This document shows positions 9,605 to 19,548 of a stretch of 57,478 nt of DNA, piece by piece. Within the stretch, counting starts at the first letter, position 1. Every line of letters begins with the position of its first letter. The translations under genes were made by a program, and so were the position numbers. This stretch comes from an uncultured virus (IMG/VR IMGVR_UViG_3300025133_005019) (taxonomy: Duplodnaviria > Heunggongvirae > Uroviricota > Caudoviricetes). Below the pieces are notes generated by a model. It was not told the DNA's origin, searched no databases, and saw only the letters and a list, made by a program, of their open reading frames with translations. The stretch is from the IMG/VR virus record IMGVR_UViG_3300025133_005019. One strand, 5' to 3'.

Positions 9605-12600
9605 CCCCAAGTTTGTTTTATTAATTCATCAATTTCACTTAATTCACTAACTACCTGATCATATTCAGCATTAGATAAGTTTGCATTATATTTCATTATT
9701 TTTGCTATTGTATTATCTCGCAATTCTTTTTCTTGCTGACGTGATTTTGACATCATTAACGGATCAAATGCAGTATCACGTAGCACCTTGCCGTGTTGTA
9801 ACAATTTAAATATATTAATTATCCACCAGCCTGATACTTTTGACTTTTTCTTGTTCTTTCGATTCCATGGCATATTTAAATACAAATAAACATTTGCTAG
9901 ATCTGCCATCGTATCAGTTTTATGCGTATTATAATAGTCTACCCATAATCTAGCAACTTCATATTCATCTTTATATGCCATTACGTTAAATAAGTTATGC
10001 ATTACTACATCTGAATATTCGGTCCTATTCAAAGATTTATCTATTAGGATTGCCTCTTGAACCAATTTCTTATACTCATCTGCATATTTGACAGATTTAT
10101 ACTTCTTTAATATTTCATATCTATATAAGAACGGATCATCAGTATGTTGCTTTTCACTAATATGATAATCTATTTCACTTCTTAGTTCGTCTATTGCATA
10201 TGCACGACCACAGTGCCATGCATATTGATTATCATCCACTGCTGCACCATTAATTTCAATTGCTTTTAACATACTTTCTTCAGTAATAGGCAGCCATCCC
10301 ATTTGATATGCATAACCATACATAAATGATGTTCCTGTTATCGACGATCCCAATAACTTATTGACAATTTTCTTGACTGGGATAGGAGCTAATGTGCGCG
10401 AGTTAGACTTTGCAATATCGAGACTCAATGTATCATCAAATTTCCAATCACGATTTGTAATTAGTTCTGACGATGAACTTGAATTGGTATTAAAAACAAT
10501 ATTTGTATGGTCACCCATTAATTGTACACTTGTTGTATTAGTAACAACTTGTGGATCAATGCCTATAATTAAATTAGCAGTGCCTTTATATATTTGACCC
10601 ATTGCATGTTCGCCTATGCTGATTTCACTTGTCACAGCACCGTATTTCTGTGCCAATCCAGTTGAATCAATTGCACTAACTTTATGTCCGTCTAATGAAG
10701 CTGCTACTGCTAACATCTGACTAGAGCTAACAATACCAGTTCCACCAATGCCACTTAATAGAACATTATATCTCTTGAAATTTGTATCTAGTTCTGGTTT
10801 AGGGATATCAAATGACAACCGATCTTTAAGATCATACTGTTCAACATAACCATCAACTGTCATAAATGATGGACAAAATCCTTTCAAGCAAGATAAATCT
10901 ATATTACAATTATCGTAATCTATAGTTCTTTTTGTTCCAAGCGGAGTATCTAGTGATACTATACTTAGGCAAGTAGACTTAGTGCTACAATCACCGCACC
11001 CTACGCATATTTCTGGATTAATAAATGGCTTAGTGTCTATACCTTCTTGCAAACCTCGTTTTATTTTTCGGCGTCTTTCTGTGGCACATTGCTTTTCGTG
11101 AATAATTACAGAAACACCTTTTTTATGTTTAAATTCTTCTTGTACTTCCATTAATGAATCCAGTGGTTCGGTACGAATTGCATGTGTAAACTTATCAGAC
11201 ACAATGCAGACATCATTGATGTCAATACCTTCAGCTAACACTTGATTCACTACCATATCAACTGTCAACTTACCGTCAACAGGTTGGCCGCCAGTCATTG
11301 CCACTGCATCATTGTACAATATTTTATATGTCATATTGGCGCCAACGGCAACGGCTTGTCTAATTGCTAATAATCCTGAATGGAAATAAGTACCATCACC
11401 CAAGTTAACAAATACATGTTCCGCTGAATCATATAAATGTTGCCCGCACCACATTGATCCTTCTCCGCCCATTGGAGAAAGAGATACATGATCTCTATCT
11501 TGCATTCCTCGTACCATAATATGGCAACCAACACCAGCTAGTCCAACTGAACCTTCAGGTAGCTTTGTACCAACATTATGAGGACAACCTGAACAGAAGT
11601 GAGGGACACGGCCTTCACTAGTTATGTTTGATGCTACAGGAATTTTTACTGCTTTACGTAATACAGTTTCATTAAACACTTCTGTTATTTTTACTGCATC
11701 AAAATCTAATTCTTGTGGGAAATGGGATTTGCCTACTAACGGGGTAGTAATCCCCATATCATATAATTTTGCCTTTAATTGATCTTCTACAAACCCTCGT
11801 TTTTCTTCAATAACAATAATCTTATCTCTATCTTTCGCGAAATCTATTAAGTCTTGGGTAATAGGATAAGACATGCCTACTTTCATAATATCAATGCCGT
11901 ATGCTTCTATGTCAATGCCATTAACATTTATTGCATTAATTAGATCAACATAATTTTTGCCAACTGCATAAACTGCAATCTTACCTTTTTTAGATTTATG
12001 GGTGACTTCATTGAATGGATTAAGTTTAACAAATTCTTCTATTGCTGGAAATTTTTGTTGGATCATTCGTGCTTCTTGAGAATCACCGTCATCTGGCCAT
12101 CTAACTGAAACATCAAACTCTTTTTCTGGAATAGTAGGAGCCCATGCATCTAAATTTACATCGACTGACTGATAAGCATCTGCAATATTACTTACTATCT
12201 TTACTGAACACCAAAGGCCACTGTAACGTGATAATGCTACAGCGTTAATACCTAAACGTAATATATCCTCTACACCAGACGGTGTGATGCTTGGAATACT
12301 CCAACTGGCTAATGTTGAGCAAGTTTCATGTGGCAATGCTGAACTTTTTTTAGGATGATCATCACCAGCAAACATAACAACACCACCTGTAGCAGAGGTG
12401 CCAAATAAATTACAATGTCGTAACTGGTCACCTGCTCTATCTACACCAGGCCCCTTGGCGTACCAAAATGCAAATGTTCCATCATATAACTTATCACCAA
12501 CTAGTCCAGCGTTTTGCGTACCTTGTACCATTCCCGCAGCAAGATCTTCGTTAACTCCAGGTATGAATGTTATACCAGCAGCATCTGTTATGTGTTTCTG

Positions 12601-12786
12601 TTTAACAAATTCAACATCAACGCCGCCCAATGGACTGCCTCTATAACCAGAAACAAACCCGGCGGTATTAAGACCGTTGCGTTTATCTAGTTCTTTCTGC
12701 AACAACGCAAGTTTTAGTATTGACTGTGAGCCAGACATAACGAATACACCATCATTCGATAAATATCTATTCTCTAATTCGCCCAT
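9601..12786 (-). CDS. ior: Indolepyruvate:ferredoxin oxidoreductase family protein, fused alpha/beta
   Basis: SGYRGSPLGG, NEDLAA, KGPGVDR, FCSGCPHN, TPP motif GDGTYFHSG, CVGCGDC/CLKGFCPSF, GIGGTG, GLAQK, YKDEYEVARL. Confidence 0.93.
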   Translation of the reverse strand: MGELENRYLSNDGVFVMSGSQSILKLALLQKELDKRNGLNTAGFVSGYRGSPLGGVDVEFVKQKHITDAAGITFIPGVNEDLAAGMVQGTQNAGLVGDKLYDGTFAFWYAKGPGVDRAGDQLRHCNLFGTSATGGVVMFAGDDHPKKSSALPHETCSTLASWSIPSITPSGVEDILRLGINAVALSRYSGLWCSVKIVSNIADAYQSVDVNLDAWAPTIPEKEFDVSVRWPDDGDSQEARMIQQKFPAIEEFVKLNPFNEVTHKSKKGKIAVYAVGKNYVDLINAINVNGIDIEAYGIDIMKVGMSYPITQDLIDFAKDRDKIIVIEEKRGFVEDQLKAKLYDMGITTPLVGKSHFPQELDFDAVKITEVFNETVLRKAVKIPVASNITSEGRVPHFCSGCPHNVGTKLPEGSVGLAGVGCHIMVRGMQDRDHVSLSPMGGEGSMWCGQHLYDSAEHVFVNLGDGTYFHSGLLAIRQAVAVGANMTYKILYNDAVAMTGGQPVDGKLTVDMVVNQVLAEGIDINDVCIVSDKFTHAIRTEPLDSLMEVQEEFKHKKGVSVIIHEKQCATERRRKIKRGLQEGIDTKPFINPEICVGCGDCSTKSTCLSIVSLDTPLGTKRTIDYDNCNIDLSCLKGFCPSFMTVDGYVEQYDLKDRLSFDIPKPELDTNFKRYNVLLSGIGGTGIVSSSQMLAVAASLDGHKVSAIDSTGLAQKYGAVTSEISIGEHAMGQIYKGTANLIIGIDPQVVTNTTSVQLMGDHTNIVFNTNSSSSSELITNRDWKFDDTLSLDIAKSNSRTLAPIPVKKIVNKLLGSSITGTSFMYGYAYQMGWLPITEESMLKAIEINGAAVDDNQYAWHCGRAYAIDELRSEIDYHISEKQHTDDPFLYRYEILKKYKSVKYADEYKKLVQEAILIDKSLNRTEYSDVVMHNLFNVMAYKDEYEVARLWVDYYNTHKTDTMADLANVYLYLNMPWNRKNKKKSKVSGWWIINIFKLLQHGKVLRDTAFDPLMMSKSRQQEKELRDNTIAKIMKYNANLSNAEYDQVVSELSEIDELIKQTWG

Positions 12787-12803
12787 GTATTTTCTCCTAC
12801 ATT

Positions 12804-13220
12804 TTATGGTGCCGCGTCCCTTTCATCCCACGGTCCCATTTCATAACAAGGCTGGGGCATTATATCTTTATATATGATAAGAACTTCAGTTCCGGTTGCT
12901 GTGGTTTTTGAAGTTATTGTTTCGACCCCTTGTTCCCTTGGCTTACCAAAACATCTATTGTTGCTTTGGCCTGGATATCTATAACGCGGATTGTGCGCTA
13001 GAAAATCAATTAATTCTTTAAGATGTTCTTCTTCTGTTTTTATAATATATGAATCATGACATGATGCTGGTATATTAAAGTCAAAAGTGTTAAAATGTTC
13101 CTTTGTATAGTTACTCTTTAATAAACACATCTTTAAAATATTATTGGATTCAGATGCATCAGCCGCTGGTAAAAAGCCAAGCGTGGTTAAAATAACTAAC
13201 ATCATTACTACATCCCGCAT
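12804..13220 (-). CDS. Hypothetical exported protein
   Basis: Signal-peptide-like N-terminus; 4 Cys. Confidence 0.65.
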   Translation of the reverse strand: MRDVVMMLVILTTLGFLPAADASESNNILKMCLLKSNYTKEHFNTFDFNIPASCHDSYIIKTEEEHLKELIDFLAHNPRYRYPGQSNNRCFGKPREQGVETITSKTTATGTEVLIIYKDIMPQPCYEMGPWDERDAAP

Positions 13221-13224
13221 AATT

Positions 13225-13725
13225 TTATGTCTCTACTTTATTTACTGTGATTCCAGACTTGTGCAAGAAATCCGTGCCAGCTGTACTGCGATAATCATGT
13301 TTATAGTATACATTGGTTATACCACTTTGATAAATTAATTTAGCACAGTTTATACATGGCGAGTGTGTACAAAATAATGTAGCATCCTTTCCACTTTCAT
13401 GGCTACCTGCAAGTTTAGTTAGTGCATTAGCTTCTGCATGCAATACTTCTGGTTTAGTTACAAGTCGATAGCGATTACCTTTCTCATCTTGATATGGCCA
13501 TTGATCCTCAACTGTTGAGGTATTTAACCAACATCCTGCATCATTGTCCATATACTCTCTATGTTCGCAATCATTGTCCCAACCCATTGGCATGCCATTA
13601 TAGCCAATACTAATAATACGATTATCCTTAATAACGATGCTGCCTACTTTTAGTCGTTCAGCATATGATAGTTCTGCAAATCGCTCAGCTACATCCATAA
13701 ATGCGTGTATATATTTTTCTTTCAT
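13225..13725 (-). CDS. cd: dCMP deaminase
   Basis: IGYNG, LHAEANA, HSPCINC. Confidence 0.93.
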   Translation of the reverse strand: MKEKYIHAFMDVAERFAELSYAERLKVGSIVIKDNRIISIGYNGMPMGWDNDCEHREYMDNDAGCWLNTSTVEDQWPYQDEKGNRYRLVTKPEVLHAEANALTKLAGSHESGKDATLFCTHSPCINCAKLIYQSGITNVYYKHDYRSTAGTDFLHKSGITVNKVET

Positions 13726-14078
13726 TTTAGGCTCTTGACTTTTCTAGGCGTATATCGACTGGTCCGTTTACAATGTCAGCAGCAATTGCCTTAGCATCAT
13801 CTACCATTTTTAAAACCTCTTGAACCGTTTCTCTTGGTAAATCCCCAAATGTTGCCTGAAACGTGAAGTCATAGTTTTTATCGTATTCGATATCCACATC
13901 AAGCCTCTGAATTATATATTCAATCTGAGGATTGGACTTCTGAAGTTGATATCTCAAGCGATGAATTTCAGTGGTCTTCTCAAGCAAAACCTTTGCCTTT
14001 TTATGCAGCTCGTCTATACTATGATACATCTTCATGATCTCCCTTATCCATAAATGCGTGTATATATTTTTCTTTCAT
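13693..14078. repeat. 33-bp perfect direct repeat (13693-13725 and 14046-14078)
   Basis: atccataaatgcgtgtatatatttttctttcat at both positions. Confidence 0.92.
13727..14035 (-). CDS. Hypothetical protein between the 33-bp repeats
   Basis: 102 aa ORF with AAGGGAG RBS. Confidence 0.7.
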   Translation of the reverse strand: MKMYHSIDELHKKAKVLLEKTTEIHRLRYQLQKSNPQIEYIIQRLDVDIEYDKNYDFTFQATFGDLPRETVQEVLKMVDDAKAIAADIVNGPVDIRLEKSRA

Positions 14079-14524
14079 ATTAGATTTTGATTACTTGGTG
14101 TTAGGTGGTCGCCATTCTCGATGGTCTTAATATTATGGCAATTGTGACATAATGTCTGTAAATTGGATGGATCATTGTTTTCATGATTACCATCAATATG
14201 GTCCACGCTTAATGAACTACGTACCATTGAATTAAATAATTTTGGGTCACTTTTTTTGTATTTGTTAACCCTAGGCAGTTTAGCAGGTTGAAAATTACAT
14301 TCTTCACAATAGTCTAATCGATGTTGACTGTATACTTTTTCTGCCGTTGCTAATCCACCAAACTGTTTAAAGTTGCGTTGGTGTTCATCACAATAGTCCT
14401 TCTCACCTGGCCCCTTCCATAATGTAAGATGCTTATCACATCCAGGAACCTTGCACTTATTTGATAATGCTATACGCATTTCATTTGTGCTTTTGCGTTG
14501 ACGGTCTGTAGCTTCGCGGATCAT
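14075..14524 (-). CDS. HNH endonuclease
   Basis: CEEC...SVDHIDGNHENNDPSNLQTLCHNCHNIKT. Confidence 0.88.
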   Translation of the reverse strand: MIREATDRQRKSTNEMRIALSNKCKVPGCDKHLTLWKGPGEKDYCDEHQRNFKQFGGLATAEKVYSQHRLDYCEECNFQPAKLPRVNKYKKSDPKLFNSMVRSSLSVDHIDGNHENNDPSNLQTLCHNCHNIKTIENGDHLTPSNQNLI

Positions 14525-15711
14525 GCTACCTCCATTGTTTTAAAATTATAACTCTCTGCAAATGATGGTAAATCAAATTCGAAGTTATTTTGTGCAAGGA
14601 CTCGGGCAATCCATGGTGGAGCAACTTTTGTTTGGTTACATCGATAAGTTTTACCATCAATTAATCGACCCGCAGCCTTTTCAGCGTCTACATATGTTTG
14701 ATATGCATCCTGTACAAGCTTATGTTTTTTACTGCCTACTACCCATGTATTTTCAGTAACACGGCTCATAATTTTTGCAATAGCGTTAAGATAGTCGTCT
14801 GTAATTTGAATACCATCATTTAAACATTGACGTATAAACACACTCATATTATCTATTTCTAGTGATACAAATGGCTTGTCTGCATTTGTAATTGAATGGT
14901 AATACATAACACGTTCAAAAATCTCAACTGGGAAATTACGATTAAAGACTTCTGTCATACGTGACCACGCGCCAGCATTCTTTTCATCACCAAACTTTTC
15001 ATCAGTGGCAAAGTATGAATACTTCTCAAAATAGCTCTGCATAGTAAAGCATCTGATATTCCAAAAATCTTCACAGTTATCATGACGCATACCAGCAACA
15101 TACTGTTTATACAAATCAATATTATCCAATTGTTTGCTAGTTTTACCACTATTAAATTCTACAAATCGACGTCGAATTGCTGCTCGATCATCTCCAGGAT
15201 ATTCATCAACTGGAATTAAGATATCTTCAGGATCAGCCCCAAAGCCAAATGTACCAATAATCCATAATGCTATCGCAGTATGTTGGCCATCCCATGCAAC
15301 TTGTCGATCTATTAAGCCGTCTTTGCGATGACTGTCGCGGTATGTACGGATACGGTTAACATAGCTTGGATCAAATTCACCAACAATGTTTAGTAAATTT
15401 TCTCGATCTGGCCAACGTTGCATAGTATCGTTAATGTCAAGAACAATACTTGAATAATATTCAATCTTACCCATGCCTACCATGTCTTGGATCATATCAC
15501 TGTATGTTTCATAACCCATAGCAGCAACCATTCCTTGGGCAAGTGATTCAAACATTGTTGGTAATATCGGGTCTTTTTGGTACAATTCTTGTAATCGTTC
15601 ACCAATGGTGACAAATTTATCTTCATCACTGTGATATGATTCATTGATACGATTAGCATATTCATCAACTAACTTAATCATTGGGGCTGCCTTCTTTTTA
15701 GTTGCTGTCAC
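14521..15711 (-). CDS. ParB/Srx-like (DGQH) domain protein
   Basis: MQRWPD...AWDGQHT...FVEFN; GTG start; ATGA-coupled to the HNH gene. Confidence 0.6.
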   Translation of the reverse strand: MTATKKKAAPMIKLVDEYANRINESYHSDEDKFVTIGERLQELYQKDPILPTMFESLAQGMVAAMGYETYSDMIQDMVGMGKIEYYSSIVLDINDTMQRWPDRENLLNIVGEFDPSYVNRIRTYRDSHRKDGLIDRQVAWDGQHTAIALWIIGTFGFGADPEDILIPVDEYPGDDRAAIRRRFVEFNSGKTSKQLDNIDLYKQYVAGMRHDNCEDFWNIRCFTMQSYFEKYSYFATDEKFGDEKNAGAWSRMTEVFNRNFPVEIFERVMYYHSITNADKPFVSLEIDNMSVFIRQCLNDGIQITDDYLNAIAKIMSRVTENTWVVGSKKHKLVQDAYQTYVDAEKAAGRLIDGKTYRCNQTKVAPPWIARVLAQNNFEFDLPSFAESYNFKTMEVA

Positions 15712-15716
15712 AATTA

Positions 15717-16136
15717 TTATCCCTCTTTGATTTCCTGAAATTCGCCATCGCGTACAATTGCCATAACGCTACCACCTGAACAACGAACATAGTTACGACC
15801 TCCATCAATCATATTGCCATTTTCAAACTTTTTATAGCTATGATGGCCTTCACTATATTCAAATAAATTATCATCATTCAGTACCATACCGAATGTAAAA
15901 TCTTCAATAATGTCAGCATTTGTAATCATGGTGTCAAATGTTATTGGATCTTTATATAATCCAAAATAACGATTGCCAAATTTTGGGTGTGGTGTCGCTC
16001 TGAAAAATACATCAATATGAACATCTGATATGGCTATATCAGTAGTACATACATATTTTACAGGTACTCCGTCCTTTTTAGAAAAATGCTTGACCACTTT
16101 ATTGTCATCAAATTTTGGATTATGTTTAATATTCAT
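15717..16136 (-). CDS. Hypothetical phage protein
   Basis: PHPKFGNRYFG, MIDGGRNY. Confidence 0.7.
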   Translation of the reverse strand: MNIKHNPKFDDNKVVKHFSKKDGVPVKYVCTTDIAISDVHIDVFFRATPHPKFGNRYFGLYKDPITFDTMITNADIIEDFTFGMVLNDDNLFEYSEGHHSYKKFENGNMIDGGRNYVRCSGGSVMAIVRDGEFQEIKEG

Positions 16137-16140
16137 AATA

Positions 16141-16497
16141 TTATTTAGGCTCCCGCGCCCAGGCTGCTAATTGATCAAAACCAGCATGGGCAACAATATG
16201 TTTTGTACCGTCACTAGCTTCAATAATATCTCCGACGCTAACTGAACGCATTTGTGCCACACGATCAATGTTTTCTTCTGGACCCATGTTACCTATATGA
16301 AATACTTCATCAAGTGTAGCAGCAGTAATAGTAGCAACATGCTCATGATATGAATCTGATTTAACTCTACCAAAACTAGCATCTAAATATGCTTGAATGC
16401 GTGGCTCATTGTTAGCGGCTTCTGTCCAACCATTATCATTTACATAATCACTATCGCTATCAGTTAAACTAATTTGGTATACTTTAAATTGCGCCAT
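16141..16497 (-). CDS. YodL-like domain protein
   Basis: KVYQI...LDEVFHIGN...MRSVSVGDII. Confidence 0.6.
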   Translation of the reverse strand: MAQFKVYQISLTDSDSDYVNDNGWTEAANNEPRIQAYLDASFGRVKSDSYHEHVATITAATLDEVFHIGNMGPEENIDRVAQMRSVSVGDIIEASDGTKHIVAHAGFDQLAAWAREPK

Positions 16498-16555
16498 GTT
16501 GTTTGCTCCTAAATCTCAGTTCGTACATAAATTATAACACACGGAAATAACTATG

Positions 16556-16630
16556 TCAAATAAATCCTATCCAATGCGTAACATCATCACATGGGTCATC
16601 AACACGACTCCAGCCATTTTCGTTTTGCAT
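16556..16630 (-). CDS. 24-aa peptide
   Basis: MQNENGWSRVDDPCDDVTHWIGFI*; AAGGTG RBS; directly after a boxed promoter. Confidence 0.5.
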   Translation of the reverse strand: MQNENGWSRVDDPCDDVTHWIGFI

Positions 16631-16661
16631 AATGTCACCTTTTTGTTTAACTTATACTTAT

Positions 16662-16690
16662 ATATTACAGCAAGCCGTATTGGTTGTCAA
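16662..16690 (-). promoter_or_regulatory. Boxed sigma70 promoter
   Basis: TTGACA-17-TAATAT; spacer cagcaagccgtattggt. Confidence 0.75.
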
Positions 16691-16747
16691 GAAAAAGCCA
16701 AAGAATAAAATCCTTGGCCTTCAAGTAGTTATAAATTATTTTTAAAA

Positions 16748-17806
16748 TTATGGTGTATATATAAATGTGGATGGGAATAATTGAATCCAGTTTGTTCCGT
16801 CATATCCTTCAAACATTTTTGTTGATGTATTAAAGAACATCATACCTTCTACTGGAGAAGTTGGTCTTTGATGTGCTGCTCCTTTAGGCAATACAAATGT
16901 AGTTGTTACTTCAACATTACCAGTAACATCACCATCCAAGTCTGCGTGAACAATAGGACCCGGTGTTGCATCGTCTTCAATAATAAGTGTGCCACCAGTT
17001 CTATCATAAACTGCACCGTTCCAATTACCTAAGGTAGTTGTTCCAGTAAAGTCTGCCATACCGCCAGTAAATGTAGCAGTGCCACTAATATTAGTGGTGC
17101 CTGCATTTAATGTTGTTGTGTTTGCGGTATCAACTGTTAAAGAGGAATCTAAATTACCAGTTCCGCTTTCTAAAATTTTATCGGCACCTGTTGGATTATA
17201 AACATCACCATAAGTGTTGCCCATTAGTCCGCCAGTAAATGTAGTGCTTGTGCTTGATACATCAACAATAACTGTGCCACTGTTGTTTATAACATCACCG
17301 CGATATGTTGCTGGTGTTGCTGCGTTACCTGGATCCAATACAATTGAGGTTGTATCAGTTTGATCTGCTAAATTGTATCCAACTTTTGTTGCGTATGAAT
17401 AGTCTGTATCAGTAAAGCTAATAACACCCGTTGAACTATCATAAGACAAACTACCACTTGCCGAAATGGCTGCTCTTGCATCTGCATCTGTATATTGTGT
17501 TGGTAAATTACCTGCAACAATTGTATCTGCTGTAAGTGTTCTTACTGACAAGTCACCTTTAATTAATGTCTGATTACTGGCATCGATATCATTGACCGTG
17601 TCGCTACCTAAGGTTATATCATTAATTAATAGAAAGCTATCAGTCTGTGCATCCTTAATAAGTCCAGCATAATTTACTGCACCTATCTTCCCCAACCAGC
17701 CAATATCAGTTGGGCTAGCGCCAGACTTATTTAGTAGTATTATCGGATCTGTAAATGCAGTATCCGAACTAATTAAGTTCTTTGTATTAATTTTTCTAAA
17801 TGTCAC
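16748..17806 (-). CDS. Virion structural protein (tail fibre-like)
   Basis: T/G/D-rich; YTDADARAAIS, SYDSSTGVISF, C-terminal GMMFFNTSTKMFEGYDGTNW. Confidence 0.75.
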   Translation of the reverse strand: MTFRKINTKNLISSDTAFTDPIILLNKSGASPTDIGWLGKIGAVNYAGLIKDAQTDSFLLINDITLGSDTVNDIDASNQTLIKGDLSVRTLTADTIVAGNLPTQYTDADARAAISASGSLSYDSSTGVISFTDTDYSYATKVGYNLADQTDTTSIVLDPGNAATPATYRGDVINNSGTVIVDVSSTSTTFTGGLMGNTYGDVYNPTGADKILESGTGNLDSSLTVDTANTTTLNAGTTNISGTATFTGGMADFTGTTTLGNWNGAVYDRTGGTLIIEDDATPGPIVHADLDGDVTGNVEVTTTFVLPKGAAHQRPTSPVEGMMFFNTSTKMFEGYDGTNWIQLFPSTFIYTP

Positions 17807-17870
17807 CGTAAGCTCCTGGTCGTTTGGTATATAAAATCGATGTATATCCTTATTTATATTAAATGCTTAT

Positions 17871-19262
17871 TTAATATTTCATATTTTCATCGATTTTATA
17901 GTTACGGGTACCATTATTTGCGACAAGATTGAATAATGTAGCCACCCCAAAGCCAGTAGCACCGTAAGGAACAATTTCAGTACCTGATTCACTCCATGCC
18001 ATACCAGCAATATCTAAGTGCGCCCAACTACGACCCTCATCAACAAATCGATATAAAAACTCTGCGGCTGTGGTTGAGCCACCATATGGTCCACCAATAT
18101 TTTGCATATCAGCAATCTTAGAATCAATCATCTTATTCCAGTTTTTGCCCATTGGCATCCGCCAAAATTCTTCACCTAGCTTTGATCCATCTGCTTGAAT
18201 GGTTTCGCTTAATTCACTAGAGTTAGTAAATAGTCCTGCCATTTCATGACCAAGCGATACTAGTATAGCACCAGTTAAAGTAGCTACGTCAATAATTACA
18301 TGCGGGTCGTAGGTTTGCACATATGTTAAAATATCAGCTAACACTAGTCGGCCTTCTGCATCTGTATTAAGATTTTCAACCGTTTGTCCACTCATTGATG
18401 TAACAATATCACCAGGCTTAATAGCTTTACCATCAGGCATGTTTTCAACTAATCCAACAATCCCAACCACATTGTGGTTTACTTTGTTGCTGCCAATAGC
18501 ATGCATTGCTCCAACTACTGCGGCACTCCCGCCCATATCAAACTTCATATCCGCCATGCCTTTGCCTGGCTTTAGTGAAATACCACCAGAATCAAATGTA
18601 ACACCTTTACCTACTAAAGCAATGGGTTTGGCATCTGCATCAGGATCATTCATGTATTCCATCACAACAACAAAGCTATCTTTTTCACTACCTTGTCCTA
18701 CACTTAGAAGCAAATCAAAACCCAGGGTTTCTAATTGTGATTGGTGTAAAATTTTAACAGTTACACCTACTGCATTTAATGCTGACTCGATTCGATATGC
18801 ATAGTTTTGCGGGAATAGTTTATTGCCGGGTTCAGAAACAAGAGTGCGAGCTAGCTCTATGCTTTCACTTAGTAGATTATTTTTTAATCCATGAATAGCT
18901 AATTGTGTTGATTTTTTATCTGTCTTATATTTGTTAAATTCATAGTTTGCAAGCCGAGCACCATCAGCTAGATGTTCATTTCCTAGTTCAAAATAGATAT
19001 TGTCTACATCTTTGCGTTTACGATATTCTTTAACAAGCTGCCCGCCAAGTTTTAACCATTCATTTGGCGTATCCTCACTCATTATAATAACACGTACAAA
19101 ATCGATATCAGCGCCAGGGTATTGCACTTCGACATCTTTTGTTTTTTTAATATAATTGCGATTACAAACTTCGTCTAACTTCTTCTTTAGAGATTTGTTT
19201 AATTTTTTATATGCGGCGCTGTTATGTTCAACAATTACAACACTTTTGCTGTTATAATCCAT
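17871..19262 (-). CDS. pepA: M17 leucyl aminopeptidase
   Basis: VGKGVTFDSGG, MKFDMGG, NTDAEGRL, ATLTGA, HLDIAG. Confidence 0.95.
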   Translation of the reverse strand: MDYNSKSVVIVEHNSAAYKKLNKSLKKKLDEVCNRNYIKKTKDVEVQYPGADIDFVRVIIMSEDTPNEWLKLGGQLVKEYRKRKDVDNIYFELGNEHLADGARLANYEFNKYKTDKKSTQLAIHGLKNNLLSESIELARTLVSEPGNKLFPQNYAYRIESALNAVGVTVKILHQSQLETLGFDLLLSVGQGSEKDSFVVVMEYMNDPDADAKPIALVGKGVTFDSGGISLKPGKGMADMKFDMGGSAAVVGAMHAIGSNKVNHNVVGIVGLVENMPDGKAIKPGDIVTSMSGQTVENLNTDAEGRLVLADILTYVQTYDPHVIIDVATLTGAILVSLGHEMAGLFTNSSELSETIQADGSKLGEEFWRMPMGKNWNKMIDSKIADMQNIGGPYGGSTTAAEFLYRFVDEGRSWAHLDIAGMAWSESGTEIVPYGATGFGVATLFNLVANNGTRNYKIDENMKY

Positions 19263-19488
19263 AATTGTATCCTTTGTTTTTAATTTCAGTTGGGTCAATA
19301 GTAAATTCCAAACCAGCCATTTTAGCAACAAACAGGTTCTTTTTTTCTTTATGGAAATGCAAAACTACATCCTGCATGTTAACACGTATAACATCTTGTC
19401 GTTGGTCTACAATGATACCGTCGATTTTCTTGCCATTGTCAGTACAGGTTACTGTAATTTCTTGCATATCCGAGATATAATATCCCAT
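19252..19488 (-). CDS. Small hypothetical protein
   Basis: GGAG RBS; overlaps pepA start. Confidence 0.65.
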   Translation of the reverse strand: MGYYISDMQEITVTCTDNGKKIDGIIVDQRQDVIRVNMQDVVLHFHKEKKNLFVAKMAGLEFTIDPTEIKNKGYNYGL

Positions 19489-19512
19489 TGTTGTTCTCCA
19501 TTAGCTGTTCAT

Positions 19513-19541
19513 AAAAAAGCGAAGCCTGTTATAGGCTCCGC
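19513..19541 (-). terminator. Rho-independent terminator after sbmA
   Basis: GCGGAGCCT-ATAAC-AGGCTTCGC-TTTTTT on the minus strand. Confidence 0.85.
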
Positions 19542-19548
19542 AGTAGGG

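Noticed and set aside
13693..14078. Direct repeat as DGR template/variable pair or IS target duplication
   Set aside because: The copies are identical with no adenine-specific differences, and no reverse transcriptase, transposase or terminal inverted repeats are present.
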